The notes under the pieces: model-generated
Seen by the model: the letters and a program-made list of their open reading frames with translations, nothing else
Database searches by the model: none
What the model was told of the DNA's origin: nothing
From: Pseudomonadota bacterium
GTDB taxonomy: Bacteria; Myxococcota_A; UBA9042; CAIXZC01
NCBI GenBank assembly: GCA_043815665.1
Contig: JBDRIT010000099.1
Coordinates: 15,987 to 79,986, forward strand
Direction: 5' to 3'
Length of the DNA stretch: 64,000 bases
Shown here: in pieces, positions 36,783-46,715 of the stretch
Layout of the letters: every line of letters begins with the position of its first letter
Numbering within the stretch: the stretch's first letter is position 1
Translations under genes and position numbers: made by a program

Positions 36783-38639
36783 ATGACAATGGAGAATTAC
36801 AGGCTGTTCGACAGAAATACCCAGGCGGTGATTTTCGGACTTCAGACCAACGCGATCCAGCGCATGCTGGACTTCGACACCATCTGCAAGCGGGATCTCC
36901 CCAGCGTGGCCGCCATCATCAACCCCACCTCCAAGGGCGGGCTGCACAAGGCCTTCTTCGCGAAGACCGAGGTCATGATCCCGATCTACCGGACCACAGG
37001 AGAGGCCCTGAAGGCCAACCCGGCCATCGACACCATGGTCAACTTCGCGTCCTTCCGCTCCGCCTATCCGACGACTATGGAGGCCCTGGATCATGATCAG
37101 CTGCGGGTGATCGCGGTCATCGCCGAGGGCATCCCGGAGCGTTACTCCAAGGCCATCCGCGCCAAGGCCCAGAAGAAGGGCGGCAAAATCCTCATCGGAC
37201 CCGCCACCGTCGGCGGCATGACCGCGGGGGCCTTCAAGATCGGCAACTCCGCCGGCATGCTCGACAACATCATCGAGTGCAAGCTGCACATGAGCGGCTC
37301 CGTCGGCTTCGTCTCGAAGTCGGGCGGACTCTCCAACGAGGCCAACAACATCATCGCCCGGAACGCGGACGGTCTCTGCGAGGGCATCGCCATCGGCGGG
37401 GACCGCTACCCCTTCAGCACCCTGTCCGAGCAGCTCATCCGCATGAACAAGAACCCGGACATCAAGATGCTGGTGCTCCTGGGCGAGGTCGGCGGCGAGG
37501 ACGAGTACTTGGTCATCGAGGCCATGAAGAATGGCCAGATCACCAAGCCCATCGTGGCCTGGTGCATCGGAACCTGCGCGGACATCTTCCCTGATGGGGT
37601 CCAGTTCGGCCACGCTGGCGCCCGCGCCGACGCCTCCCGGGAGACGTCCAGGGTCAAGAACAAGGCCCTCGCCGAGGCCGGGGCGATCGTCCCCGACTCC
37701 TTCGACGACTATGGTCTCAAGATCAACCAGGTCTACAAGAAGCTCGTCGCGGACGGCGTGATCATCGAGAAGCCTCTGCCTGCGCCACCCACGATCCCCA
37801 AGGACCTGAAGACCGCCCTCGCAGACGGCTCGGTACGCAAGGCGGCGAACTTCGTCTCCTCCATCTCCGACGATCGGGGCGACGAGCTGGCCTACGGCGG
37901 GCCCTACGGCGATCCGCGGTCCATGACCATCTCCGAAGTGTTCGAGAAGGACATCGGCCTGGGCGGCGTCATCAGCCTCCTCTGGTTCAAGAAGCTCCTG
38001 CCCCCCTGGGCGACGAAGTTCATCGAGATGGTCATCTGCATGACCGCGGATCACGGCCCCGCCGTGTCCGGCGCGCACAACGCCATCGTCACCGCGCGGG
38101 CGGGCAAGGACGTCATCTCCTGCATCGTCTCCGGCATGATGACCATCGGCCCCCGGTTCGGCGGCGCGGTGGCGGGCGCGGCGACCAACTTCAGCCAGGC
38201 CTTCGAGAGCGGCCTGAGCCCCCTGGAGTTCGTCACCAGCATGAAGAAGGCCGGGGCCAACATCCCGGGCATCGGGCATCGCATCAAGAGCGTGCAGAAC
38301 CCCGACAAGCGCGTGGAGCTCCTCGTCGACTACGGCAAGAAGAACTTCCCATCGACGACCCTCCTGGACTACGCCCTGGAGGTCGAGAAGATCACGACGT
38401 CCAAGCGCAACAACCTGATCCTCAACGTCGACGGCTGCATCGGGATCCTCTTCGTCGATCTGATGCACGCCTCGGACATGTTCTCCAAGGCGGAGATCGA
38501 CGAGGTCCTCTCCATGGAGGGCTTGAACGCCCTCTTCGTCCTGGGTCGTACCATCGGCATGATGGGACACGTGTTCGATCAGAAGCGGCTCAAGCAGCCC
38601 CTCTATCGGCACCCCTGGGACGACATCCTGTACATCTGA
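36783..38639 (+). CDS. aclA: ATP-citrate lyase alpha subunit
   Basis: MLDFD, NFASFRSA, IAEGIPE, IGPATVGG, QFGHAGA (phospho-His), ADHGPAVSGA, GIGHRIKS, LILNVDG, YRHPWDDI. Confidence 0.93.
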   Translation: MTMENYRLFDRNTQAVIFGLQTNAIQRMLDFDTICKRDLPSVAAIINPTSKGGLHKAFFAKTEVMIPIYRTTGEALKANPAIDTMVNFASFRSAYPTTMEALDHDQLRVIAVIAEGIPERYSKAIRAKAQKKGGKILIGPATVGGMTAGAFKIGNSAGMLDNIIECKLHMSGSVGFVSKSGGLSNEANNIIARNADGLCEGIAIGGDRYPFSTLSEQLIRMNKNPDIKMLVLLGEVGGEDEYLVIEAMKNGQITKPIVAWCIGTCADIFPDGVQFGHAGARADASRETSRVKNKALAEAGAIVPDSFDDYGLKINQVYKKLVADGVIIEKPLPAPPTIPKDLKTALADGSVRKAANFVSSISDDRGDELAYGGPYGDPRSMTISEVFEKDIGLGGVISLLWFKKLLPPWATKFIEMVICMTADHGPAVSGAHNAIVTARAGKDVISCIVSGMMTIGPRFGGAVAGAATNFSQAFESGLSPLEFVTSMKKAGANIPGIGHRIKSVQNPDKRVELLVDYGKKNFPSTTLLDYALEVEKITTSKRNNLILNVDGCIGILFVDLMHASDMFSKAEIDEVLSMEGLNALFVLGRTIGMMGHVFDQKRLKQPLYRHPWDDILYI

Positions 38640-38774
38640 GAGGCCACACAGCTCATGTACGACGGCTGCACGCAGTTCTACTCGGCCGGGAACAATCTGA
38701 CCACGGACCTGGGCGGCGACGGAACGACAAACAGCGTCGGCGCCGCGGTGCAGGAGATCATCCGCGCCGGATAG
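38640..38774 (+). pseudogene. 3' remnant of an isocitrate/isopropylmalate dehydrogenase-family gene
   Basis: Translates EATQLMYDGCTQFYSAGNNLTTDLGGDGTTNSVGAAVQEIIRAG*; LTxDLGGxxTT is the family's C-terminal signature; no N-terminal part present. Confidence 0.65.
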
Positions 38775-38807
38775 GATCTTCCGTCAGAGCCGCGGGGGGA
38801 GTTCTAC

Positions 38808-41800
38808 ATGGCCAGAAAGACGTGGCAGGACATCTACGCCGACAAGCTGGTCCCCCCTCAGGAGGCCCTCTCGAGGATCCGGAGCGGTCAAACCATCTTC
38901 GTCGGAGCCGGCGCATCGGAGCCCCTCCTGCTCTCCGATGCGCTGGCAGACATGGCCAGGCAGTTCGCGGACATCGACATCATCCGCCTCTTTGCGCCGG
39001 GCAAGAGATCCAGGCTCGCCGATCCGGATCTGGCTCGGAGCTTCCACACCAACACCTTCTACCACGGCCGCGGGGTCTCCGGGGTGAAGGTCAACGCCAT
39101 CGGCGACTACACCCCCATGAACCTGGTGGATCTCCCCCGGGCGTTCACCTCGGGGATCGTCCGCGTCGACGCAGCCCTCGTTCAGGTGGCCCCGCCCAAC
39201 GCGCTCGGTCTCTGCAGCCTCGGGGTCTCCGTGGACGCGACGAAGGCCGCCGTGGAGAGCGCCCCCCTGGTCATCGCCCAGGTCAACGAGAACATGCCGG
39301 AAACCACTGGGGATTCCCTGATCCCCGTGGACAGCATCGACTTCCTCGTGGAGGGAACGGCGGAGCTCTCCGAGGTACCCATCACCGAGATCGACCCGGT
39401 GTCCCTCACCATCGGACGGCACATCGCCGGCCTCATCGAGAACGGGATGACCCTCCACTTCGACCGGGGTCCCATCGGGGCCGCCACCATGCGGTACCTG
39501 GACACCCGGCGGGACCTTGGGATCCACACGGACATCCTCACCGACGACATCCTGCGCCTCATCGAGTCCGGCGCCATCAACAACCGCAAGAAGCGGGTCC
39601 ATAAGGGGAAGACCATCGCGACCACGGCCCTGGGGACCCGGCGCCTCTACGATGCCGTGAACCAGAGCCCCGCCATTGAGTTCTACCCCGTGGACCACGT
39701 CAACGACCCCTGGGTCATCGCAGAGAACGACGAGATGGTGTGCGTCCACGCCATCCAGCGGATCGAGCTGACGGGCCTGGCCCGGATGGATGACGAATAT
39801 GTCACCCAGAGGCAGAACCTCCCGAGCAGCACGGACTTCGTCCACGGCGCCAGGCGCTCGAAGAACGGATTCAATATCATGGCCCTCCCATCCACCACCG
39901 AGGACGGACGCCAGTCCCGGATCGTGGGCCTCAGCATCGGCCGGGGGGCTGCGATCCCGCGGTCCATGGCGGAGTATGTCGTCACGGAGTACGGGATCGT
40001 CAACCTCTTCGGGCTGTCGATCCGGGAGCGCGCCATCGCGCTGATCTCCATCGCCCATCCGAAGTTCCGCGGCCAACTCCAGGACGAAGCCCGGAAATTC
40101 GGCTACGTCGGCCCCGAGGAGATCGTGGCGCCGGATTCTGGTCGGCTCTACCCCCACCATTATGAGTCCACCCACACCTTCGACGACGGCACCGAGGTCT
40201 TCTTTCGCCCTGTCCGCCCGGGGGACGCGAGGAGACTGCAGCAGCTCTTCTACTCCCTCTCCCCGGAGGCGACGCGCCTGCGGTACCACGGAACCAAGAG
40301 CGCCCTCCCCAGAGGAGAAGCGCAACAACTGGCGACAGTGGACTACAGCCAGGACATGGCCATCGTCGGGCTGGTGGGCCCCCGCGCGAACCCGTGGATC
40401 GTCGGGGAGGGCAGATATACCTACAATCCGGCCAACAACATGGGGGAGTTCGACATCGTGGTCCACGGGGAGTACCGGGGACGCGGCGTAGCGACCTTCC
40501 TGGCGGCCTACCTCAACAAGATCGCGTACTCCGCCGGCCTCTCCGGGATGTACGCCCTGGTCATTCAGCAGAACTCCGGAACCATGGCTCTCCTGAACAA
40601 AGCCTGGCCGACGGCCCTGAAGACCTTCGATTCCGGAGTCTGCACCTTCACGGTTCGCTTCCCGGAGGACGACGTCAAGCGGCCCAAGGACAGCATCTTC
40701 ATCTACTCCGGCCGTTTCAGCGAACACAGCTTCGGCGAGAATCATCCCTTCGATCCGAGTCGGGCCCGGGAGACCCGCAGGACGATCGTCGAAGGAGGCA
40801 TGCTCAACGAGCCGTGGATCCGGGAAGAGGAACCCGTCATGATCCCGAAGGAGCGCCTCGTCGAATCCCACAACCCTGAGTACATCGACGCCCTTGAGGC
40901 GGCCGATCCGAACGAGTGGCGGGATGAGCTCATCCTGTTCAATCTGGGGACGGACGACTGTCCGATCTTCCACGGCCTCTTCGACTTCGTCCTCCTCTAC
41001 TCCTCGGCCACGGCGACCGGTGTCGACCTGATCATGAAGGAGAACGCCAACGTCGTCTTCAACCCCATCGGAGGGTTCCACCACGCCAGCCGATCCCGGG
41101 CGGAGGGCTTCTGCTACGTCAACGACGCGATCCTGGCCATCGACATGTTCCTCGCCGGAGGATACCGGGTCGCGTACGTCGACATCGACGCCCACCACGG
41201 CAACGGCGTCCAGGACGCCTACTACAAGGACGATCGAGTCCTCGTCATCTCCACCCACGAGAGCGGAGAGACCCTCTATCCATGGTCGGGCTTCGAGACC
41301 GAGATCGGAGAGGACGGCGGCGAGGGCTTCACCCTGAACATCCCGCTCCTCGCGGGCTGCGACGACGAGACGTTCCTGCGCGCCATCGACCGCCTGGTGA
41401 CCCCCGCGGTCACCGCCTTCGAGCCGACGGTGGTCGTGGCGGTCATCGGGACCGACACCCATCGCGCGGATCCCCTCTCCAACCTCTCGCTGACCAACAA
41501 CGGCATGTTCTCCGCGGTGGAACGGATCCGGGAGTACAGCAAGCACCTGCTCCTCCTCGGTGGTGGCGGATACGAGACCCGCACCGCGTCACGAGGATGG
41601 AGCCGGATGTGGGGCGCTGCGAACCGCATCGGGTCCCTCCCGGACTGGCTCCTCCTCATGGGGGGTCGCTTCCTGGAGGGCAGCTCCATGGATGGCGGCA
41701 GCAGCATCGTCGACATGAACTACGTCGTCTCCGGAAAGGCAAAGACAGAGATGTTCGCAGATCTGGACAGGATCATCGCGTTCCACGAGGAGCACACGCT

Positions 41801-41831
41801 CCCGCGCATCCGCACCCGGTTCAAGAGCTGA
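38808..41831 (+). CDS. Triple fusion: acetyl-CoA hydrolase/CoA-transferase-like domain, GNAT acetyltransferase and AcuC/HDAC-family deacetylase
   Basis: aa ~1-430: SLGVSVD, IAQVN..MP.T.G, YVVTEYG, RA.ALI.IAHP.FR. aa ~450-620: FRPVRPGD, YRGRGVA motif A. aa ~630-1007: GGFHHA, GFCYVND, DIDAHHGNG, DTHRADPL, GGGGY. Confidence 0.9.
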   Translation: MARKTWQDIYADKLVPPQEALSRIRSGQTIFVGAGASEPLLLSDALADMARQFADIDIIRLFAPGKRSRLADPDLARSFHTNTFYHGRGVSGVKVNAIGDYTPMNLVDLPRAFTSGIVRVDAALVQVAPPNALGLCSLGVSVDATKAAVESAPLVIAQVNENMPETTGDSLIPVDSIDFLVEGTAELSEVPITEIDPVSLTIGRHIAGLIENGMTLHFDRGPIGAATMRYLDTRRDLGIHTDILTDDILRLIESGAINNRKKRVHKGKTIATTALGTRRLYDAVNQSPAIEFYPVDHVNDPWVIAENDEMVCVHAIQRIELTGLARMDDEYVTQRQNLPSSTDFVHGARRSKNGFNIMALPSTTEDGRQSRIVGLSIGRGAAIPRSMAEYVVTEYGIVNLFGLSIRERAIALISIAHPKFRGQLQDEARKFGYVGPEEIVAPDSGRLYPHHYESTHTFDDGTEVFFRPVRPGDARRLQQLFYSLSPEATRLRYHGTKSALPRGEAQQLATVDYSQDMAIVGLVGPRANPWIVGEGRYTYNPANNMGEFDIVVHGEYRGRGVATFLAAYLNKIAYSAGLSGMYALVIQQNSGTMALLNKAWPTALKTFDSGVCTFTVRFPEDDVKRPKDSIFIYSGRFSEHSFGENHPFDPSRARETRRTIVEGGMLNEPWIREEEPVMIPKERLVESHNPEYIDALEAADPNEWRDELILFNLGTDDCPIFHGLFDFVLLYSSATATGVDLIMKENANVVFNPIGGFHHASRSRAEGFCYVNDAILAIDMFLAGGYRVAYVDIDAHHGNGVQDAYYKDDRVLVISTHESGETLYPWSGFETEIGEDGGEGFTLNIPLLAGCDDETFLRAIDRLVTPAVTAFEPTVVVAVIGTDTHRADPLSNLSLTNNGMFSAVERIREYSKHLLLLGGGGYETRTASRGWSRMWGAANRIGSLPDWLLLMGGRFLEGSSMDGGSSIVDMNYVVSGKAKTEMFADLDRIIAFHEEHTLPRIRTRFKS

Positions 41832-41833
41832 CG

Positions 41834-44356
41834 CTACGCAACCTCGGGGGGCTCGTCGTCGCCCTCGGGGGTCGAGTGGAAGCGGGAGTCGTCGACCGCG
41901 GGGAACGGCTCGGTCTCGTCCTCTTCCTCGTCATCCTCGGCCAGCCGCTCCAGCCCGATGACCCGCTCACCCTTCTCGAGGTTGATCAGCTTCACGCCCT
42001 GGGTGTTCCGGCTCAGGACGGGGATCTCGTTCACCCGGGTGCGGATGATCTTGCCGCCGTCCGTGGCGAGCATGACGTTGTCCTCGTCGAGGACCTGGAT
42101 CGCACCTGCCACGAGGCCGTTGCGCTCGGAAGTCTTGATCGTGATGATGCCCGTCCCGCCCCGGTTCTGGATACGGTACTCCTCGGGGCTGGAGCGCTTT
42201 CCGTAGCCCAGCTCGGAGACCGAGAGGATCGTCTCCTGCTCGTTCAGGACCTCGGCGCCGACCACCTCGTCCCCCTTGCGCAGGCGGACGCCGCGGACGC
42301 CGCGGGTGGCCCGGCCCATCTGCCGGGCGTCGTCGACGTTGAAGCGGATCGACATGCCCTGACGGGTCACCAGGAGAATCTCCTGGTCATCCCGCACCTC
42401 CCGGGCCCGGATCAGATCGTCGTCCTCGTCGAGACGCAGGCCGATGATCCCCGTAGATCGGATGTTGGTGTAGTCGGTCTGCGCGGTACGCTTCACGTAG
42501 CCCTTGCGGGTCACGGTGAGGATCGAGTAGCCCTCCTTGAGCTCCCGCAGACGAACGATGGCCTTGGGGATCTCACCCTTCACGACGGGGATCAGGTTGA
42601 TGATCGGACGGCCCCGCGCGGAGCGTCCGGCCTCGGGGATCTGGAAGACCTTGAGCTTGTAGACCTTCCCGACGCTGGTGAAGATCAGCAGATCGTCGTG
42701 GGTGGACGCGACGAAGAGCTTCACCACGAAGTCCTCTTCCTTGGTCGTCATCCCCATCTTTCCCCGACCGCCGCGGCGCTGGCTGCGGTACAGGGAGATT
42801 GGCGTTCGCTTGACGTAGCCCGTCGAGGAGATGGTCACCACCATCTCCTCCTCCGCGATGAGATCGAGGATGTCGATGTCCCCGAGGTCGTCCACGATCT
42901 CGGTGCGGCGCTCGTCCCCGAACCTCTCCCGAACCTCCCTCAGCTCGCCGATGATCACGTTCAGCATCACCACCTGGTCGGCGAGGATCTGCTTGAGACG
43001 TGAAATCTCCGCCCGGACCGCCTCGAGCTCCTCGAGGATCTTGTCACGCTCCATCCCGGTGAGCCGGTGCAGACGCAGGTCCAGGATGGCCTTGGCCTGG
43101 ATCTCAGAGAATTCGAACTGCCCCTGGAGGGCGATCTCGGCCTCGACGCGGTCCTTGGACCTTCGGATCAGCTCGATGATCGCGTCGATGTTGTCCAGCG
43201 CGATCTTGAAGCCCTCGAGGACGTGGGCCCTCTCTTCTGCCTTGCGCAGCTCGAAGATCGATCGGCGGGTCACCACGTCCCGGCGGTGATCCACGAAGCG
43301 CTCGAGCATCTGCTTGAGGTTGAGGACCTTGGGCTGGCCCTGGTCGATGGCCAGCATGTTGATCCCGAAGGAGGACTGCATGGGGGTATGCGCGAACAGG
43401 GAGTTCAGCACCACGTCGGAGATCGCATCCTTCTTCAGGTCGATCACCATGCGCATGCCGTCGCGATCCGACTCGTCCCTGAGGTCGCTGATGCCGGTGA
43501 GGATCTTGTCCTTCACCAGCTCGGCCATGCGCTCCAGGAGCTTGGCCTTGTTCACCTGATAGGGCAGCTCCGTGACGACGATCGACTCGCGGTCCGTGCG
43601 CTCGCTGCGCTCCATGTGGACCCGCGCCCGCAGCTTGATGACGCCACGGCCCACCTGGTACGCGGACAGGATCCCTGCGCGTCCATAGATGAAGCCCGCG
43701 GTGGGGAAATCGGGGCCGGGGACGATCCGCATCAGATCGAGGATCGTGCAGTCGGGGTTCAGCGCGACGTGGACCGTTGCGTCGATGATCTCCCGCATGT
43801 TGTGGGGCGGGATGTTGGTGGCCATGCCCACCGCAATACCGGAGGAGCCGTTGACCAGCAGGTTGGGGAAGCGGGCAGGGAGAACCATGGGCTCCCGGAG
43901 GGAGCCGTCGTAGTTCTCCCCGAAATCCACGGTCTCCTTTTCGAGATCCGCCAGCATCTCGCTCGCGAGACGTTCCATGCGGACCTCGGTGTACCGCATC
44001 GCCGCAGGCGGATCGCCGTCGACGGATCCGAAGTTCCCCTGGCCGTCCACCAGGAGATAGCGCATGGAGAAGTCCTGGGCCATACGCACGATGGTGTCGT
44101 ACACCGCCTGGTCACCATGGGGGTGATACTTTCCGATCACGTCACCGACGACGCGAGCGCTCTTCTTGTACGCCGTGGACCATGTGTTCCGCAGCTCGCT
44201 CATCGCGAAGAGCACGCGCCGGTGCACGGGCTTCAAGCCGTCCCGCACATCGGGCAACGCGCGCCCCACGATGACGCTCATCGCGTAGTCGAGGTACGAG
44301 GTTCGTACCTCCTTGACGATGTTGACTGGAATGCCTTTCCTGGTCGTCTGGTCCAT
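41834..44356 (-). CDS. gyrA: DNA gyrase subunit A
   Basis: [27 protein letters not shown]; GyrA-box QRRGGRG distinguishes it from ParC. Confidence 0.97.
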   Translation of the reverse strand: MDQTTRKGIPVNIVKEVRTSYLDYAMSVIVGRALPDVRDGLKPVHRRVLFAMSELRNTWSTAYKKSARVVGDVIGKYHPHGDQAVYDTIVRMAQDFSMRYLLVDGQGNFGSVDGDPPAAMRYTEVRMERLASEMLADLEKETVDFGENYDGSLREPMVLPARFPNLLVNGSSGIAVGMATNIPPHNMREIIDATVHVALNPDCTILDLMRIVPGPDFPTAGFIYGRAGILSAYQVGRGVIKLRARVHMERSERTDRESIVVTELPYQVNKAKLLERMAELVKDKILTGISDLRDESDRDGMRMVIDLKKDAISDVVLNSLFAHTPMQSSFGINMLAIDQGQPKVLNLKQMLERFVDHRRDVVTRRSIFELRKAEERAHVLEGFKIALDNIDAIIELIRRSKDRVEAEIALQGQFEFSEIQAKAILDLRLHRLTGMERDKILEELEAVRAEISRLKQILADQVVMLNVIIGELREVRERFGDERRTEIVDDLGDIDILDLIAEEEMVVTISSTGYVKRTPISLYRSQRRGGRGKMGMTTKEEDFVVKLFVASTHDDLLIFTSVGKVYKLKVFQIPEAGRSARGRPIINLIPVVKGEIPKAIVRLRELKEGYSILTVTRKGYVKRTAQTDYTNIRSTGIIGLRLDEDDDLIRAREVRDDQEILLVTRQGMSIRFNVDDARQMGRATRGVRGVRLRKGDEVVGAEVLNEQETILSVSELGYGKRSSPEEYRIQNRGGTGIITIKTSERNGLVAGAIQVLDEDNVMLATDGGKIIRTRVNEIPVLSRNTQGVKLINLEKGERVIGLERLAEDDEEEDETEPFPAVDDSRFHSTPEGDDEPPEVA

Positions 44357-44469
44357 CGGCCTGACACCCTCCCGGGGTGGCTACGGACCTGGGGCCGTGG
44401 CCAGCCCCCTCTCTCAGGACGTAAACGCCGGGCCCGCAGTGACGGGCGCCGACTGTTCCACGGCAGATG

Positions 44470-44865
44470 CTAGCGCTTGGAGTACTGGTACCGCTTGCGT
44501 GCGCCAGGCTGACCGTACTTCTTCCGCTCCTTGGTCCGGGAATCCCGGGTCATGAAGCCCCCGCGCTTCAGCGCCGTCCGAAGGGTCGCGTCCATCTCCA
44601 CCAGGGCCCTGGCGAGGCCGTGCCGGATCGCGCCGGCCTGGCCCGAGAGACCTCCGCCCTTCACGGACGCGGTGATGTCGATGCGGTCCGCCATCTCGAC
44701 CAGCTCCAGAGGCTGGCGAAGCAGCATGAGGAGAACGGGACGACGGAAGTACTCATCGCCGTCGCGCCCGTTGACAATTACCTTCCCGGTGCCTTCGGTG
44801 ATCCGGACACGGGCTGCCGCCTCTTTGCGCTTCCCGGTGGCGGCGATCTGGGTCATCTCGGTCAT
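44470..44865 (-). CDS. rpsI: 30S ribosomal protein S9
   Basis: [38 protein letters not shown]. Confidence 0.97.
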   Translation of the reverse strand: MTEMTQIAATGKRKEAAARVRITEGTGKVIVNGRDGDEYFRRPVLLMLLRQPLELVEMADRIDITASVKGGGLSGQAGAIRHGLARALVEMDATLRTALKRGGFMTRDSRTKERKKYGQPGARKRYQYSKR

Positions 44866-44890
44866 GTCCTGCTCCGTGTCTCCACGCGGC

Positions 44891-45334
44891 CTAGCGGGCC
44901 TTCGCGGTGAGATCCAGGGTCTCAGGTTTCTGCGCGATGTGCGGATGCTCCGGCCCGACATAGATCTTGAGCTTCCGAATCATCTGGCGGCCCAATGTGG
45001 TCTTGGGCAGCATGCCCTTCACCGCGTTGACGATGAGGAACTCGGGCTTTCGGGCCTGCATCTCTCGGGCTGTCTGGCTCTTGATGCTGCCGATGTAGCC
45101 CGTGTGCTTGTAGTATCTCTTCCCGTCCAGCTTGTTCCCCGTGAGCTTGACCTTGTCGCAGTTCACCACGATCACAAAGTCACCCACGTCGGTGTGGAAG
45201 GTGTATTCTGGCCGATTCTTTCCACGCAGCACGAGGGCGATCCGGGAGGCCATGCGTCCCAGGCTCTGCCCCGCGGCGTCGACGACGAACCAGCGCCGTT
45301 CGATGTCGTCCGGGGTCACACTAACGGTCTTCAT
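44891..45334 (-). CDS. rplM: 50S ribosomal protein L13
   Basis: W.VVDA....[26 protein letters not shown]. Confidence 0.97.
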   Translation of the reverse strand: MKTVSVTPDDIERRWFVVDAAGQSLGRMASRIALVLRGKNRPEYTFHTDVGDFVIVVNCDKVKLTGNKLDGKRYYKHTGYIGSIKSQTAREMQARKPEFLIVNAVKGMLPKTTLGRQMIRKLKIYVGPEHPHIAQKPETLDLTAKAR

Positions 45335-45375
45335 CTCAGTCTCCTGACAGCGATACCGTCACAAAAAGTCAGGCT

Positions 45376-45404
45376 CTTTTATAGGAGGAGGCTGGCAATG
45401 TCAA
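45376..45404 (-). promoter_or_regulatory. Putative sigma70 promoter of rplM-rpsI
   Basis: Minus strand TTGACA, then TATAAAAG 15-17 nt downstream. Confidence 0.5.
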
Positions 45405-45422
45405 GGGGTTTGGGGCATCGGA

Positions 45423-46586
45423 TCATCCAGCCTGGAGATCTTTGACCGCGTCGGTGACCTCCCAACTGAACTCCACGTCGTCCCGACCGAAGTGACCGAA
45501 GGCCGCGGTGGCCTGGTAGATCGGGCGGAGCAGGTTCAGACGCTCGATGATCGCGGCCGGACGGAAGTCGAAGTGCTTCCGGATCAGGCCCTCGATGCTG
45601 GCGTCGGAGGTCCCGGCCGTGCCGTAGGTGTTCACCAGGATGCCCACGGGCTGGGCCACCCCGATCGCATAGGCCACCTGGATGGAGCACTGGTCCGCCA
45701 GCCCTGCGGCGACGATGTTCTTCGCGACGTAGCGGGCGAAGTAGGTCGCGGAGCGGTCAACCTTGGACGGGTCCTTGCCCGAGAAGGCGCCACCCCCGTG
45801 CCGAGCCCACCCGCCGTAGGTGTCAACGATGATCTTCCGGCCGGTCACGCCGGAATCCCCGTGGGGGCCGCCGACGACGAAACGCCCGGTGGGGTTCACG
45901 AAGAACTTGGTGTCCCGATCGATCATGCCCGCGGGGATGATCGGGGTGATGACCTTCTCCATCACCGCTTCGCGGATCTCCTCGTAGGTCGGCTCCGGGT
46001 CGTGCTGGATCGACACCACGATCGCATCGCAGCGGATCGGCTTGCCGTCACGATATTCCACGGTGACCTGGGACTTGCCGTCGGGCCGGAAGAAGCCCAC
46101 GTCCCCCGCCCTGCGCACATCGGACAGGCGCTTGGTCAGGCGATGGGCCAGGATGATGGGCGTCGGCATGAGGACTTCGGTCTCGTTGGACGCGTACCCG
46201 AACATCAGGCCCTGGTCACCGGCGCCCTGCTCCTTGAAGAGCCCCTCACCGACGGTGACACCCTGGCTGATGTCGCTGGATTGCTGATCCACGGCGACCA
46301 CGACGCCGCAGCTCCGGTAATCGAAGCCATACTCCGGCTTGTCGTATCCGATCCCCTTGATCGTGTCGCGTGCGACCTGCTGGAGGTCCGCGTATGTGGT
46401 CGTGGAGATCTCTCCGGCCAGGACGACCAGACCCGTGGTGACCAGAGTCTCGCATGCGACCCGGCCCTGGGGGTCCTCCCGGAGGATCGCGTCGAGGACG
46501 CCGTCCGAGATCATGTCACAGACCTTGTCGGGGTGACCCTCGGTGACGGACTCTGAGGAGAAGAGGAACCGTTCTTTGCTGAGCAT
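45423..46586 (-). CDS. metK: S-adenosylmethionine synthetase
   Basis: [44 protein letters not shown]. Confidence 0.98.
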   Translation of the reverse strand: MLSKERFLFSSESVTEGHPDKVCDMISDGVLDAILREDPQGRVACETLVTTGLVVLAGEISTTTYADLQQVARDTIKGIGYDKPEYGFDYRSCGVVVAVDQQSSDISQGVTVGEGLFKEQGAGDQGLMFGYASNETEVLMPTPIILAHRLTKRLSDVRRAGDVGFFRPDGKSQVTVEYRDGKPIRCDAIVVSIQHDPEPTYEEIREAVMEKVITPIIPAGMIDRDTKFFVNPTGRFVVGGPHGDSGVTGRKIIVDTYGGWARHGGGAFSGKDPSKVDRSATYFARYVAKNIVAAGLADQCSIQVAYAIGVAQPVGILVNTYGTAGTSDASIEGLIRKHFDFRPAAIIERLNLLRPIYQATAAFGHFGRDDVEFSWEVTDAVKDLQAG

Positions 46587-46715
46587 TGCAACTCCTTGTC
46601 CGGAATGTGCGCGGGGGCGCACGGAACGTTGCGCAAGATAACGCCTGACCCGGATCCGGTCAAGGTCAAAGAGGACAACGTCGAGCGTGGATGCCCTTGC
46701 GAACGCGCTCGATGG

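Noticed and set aside
38637-38700. Selenocysteine recoding of the aclA TGA
   Set aside because: AclA ends at its normal C-terminus (HPWDDILYI) and I could not identify a SECIS-like hairpin; the downstream frame is better explained as a dehydrogenase remnant
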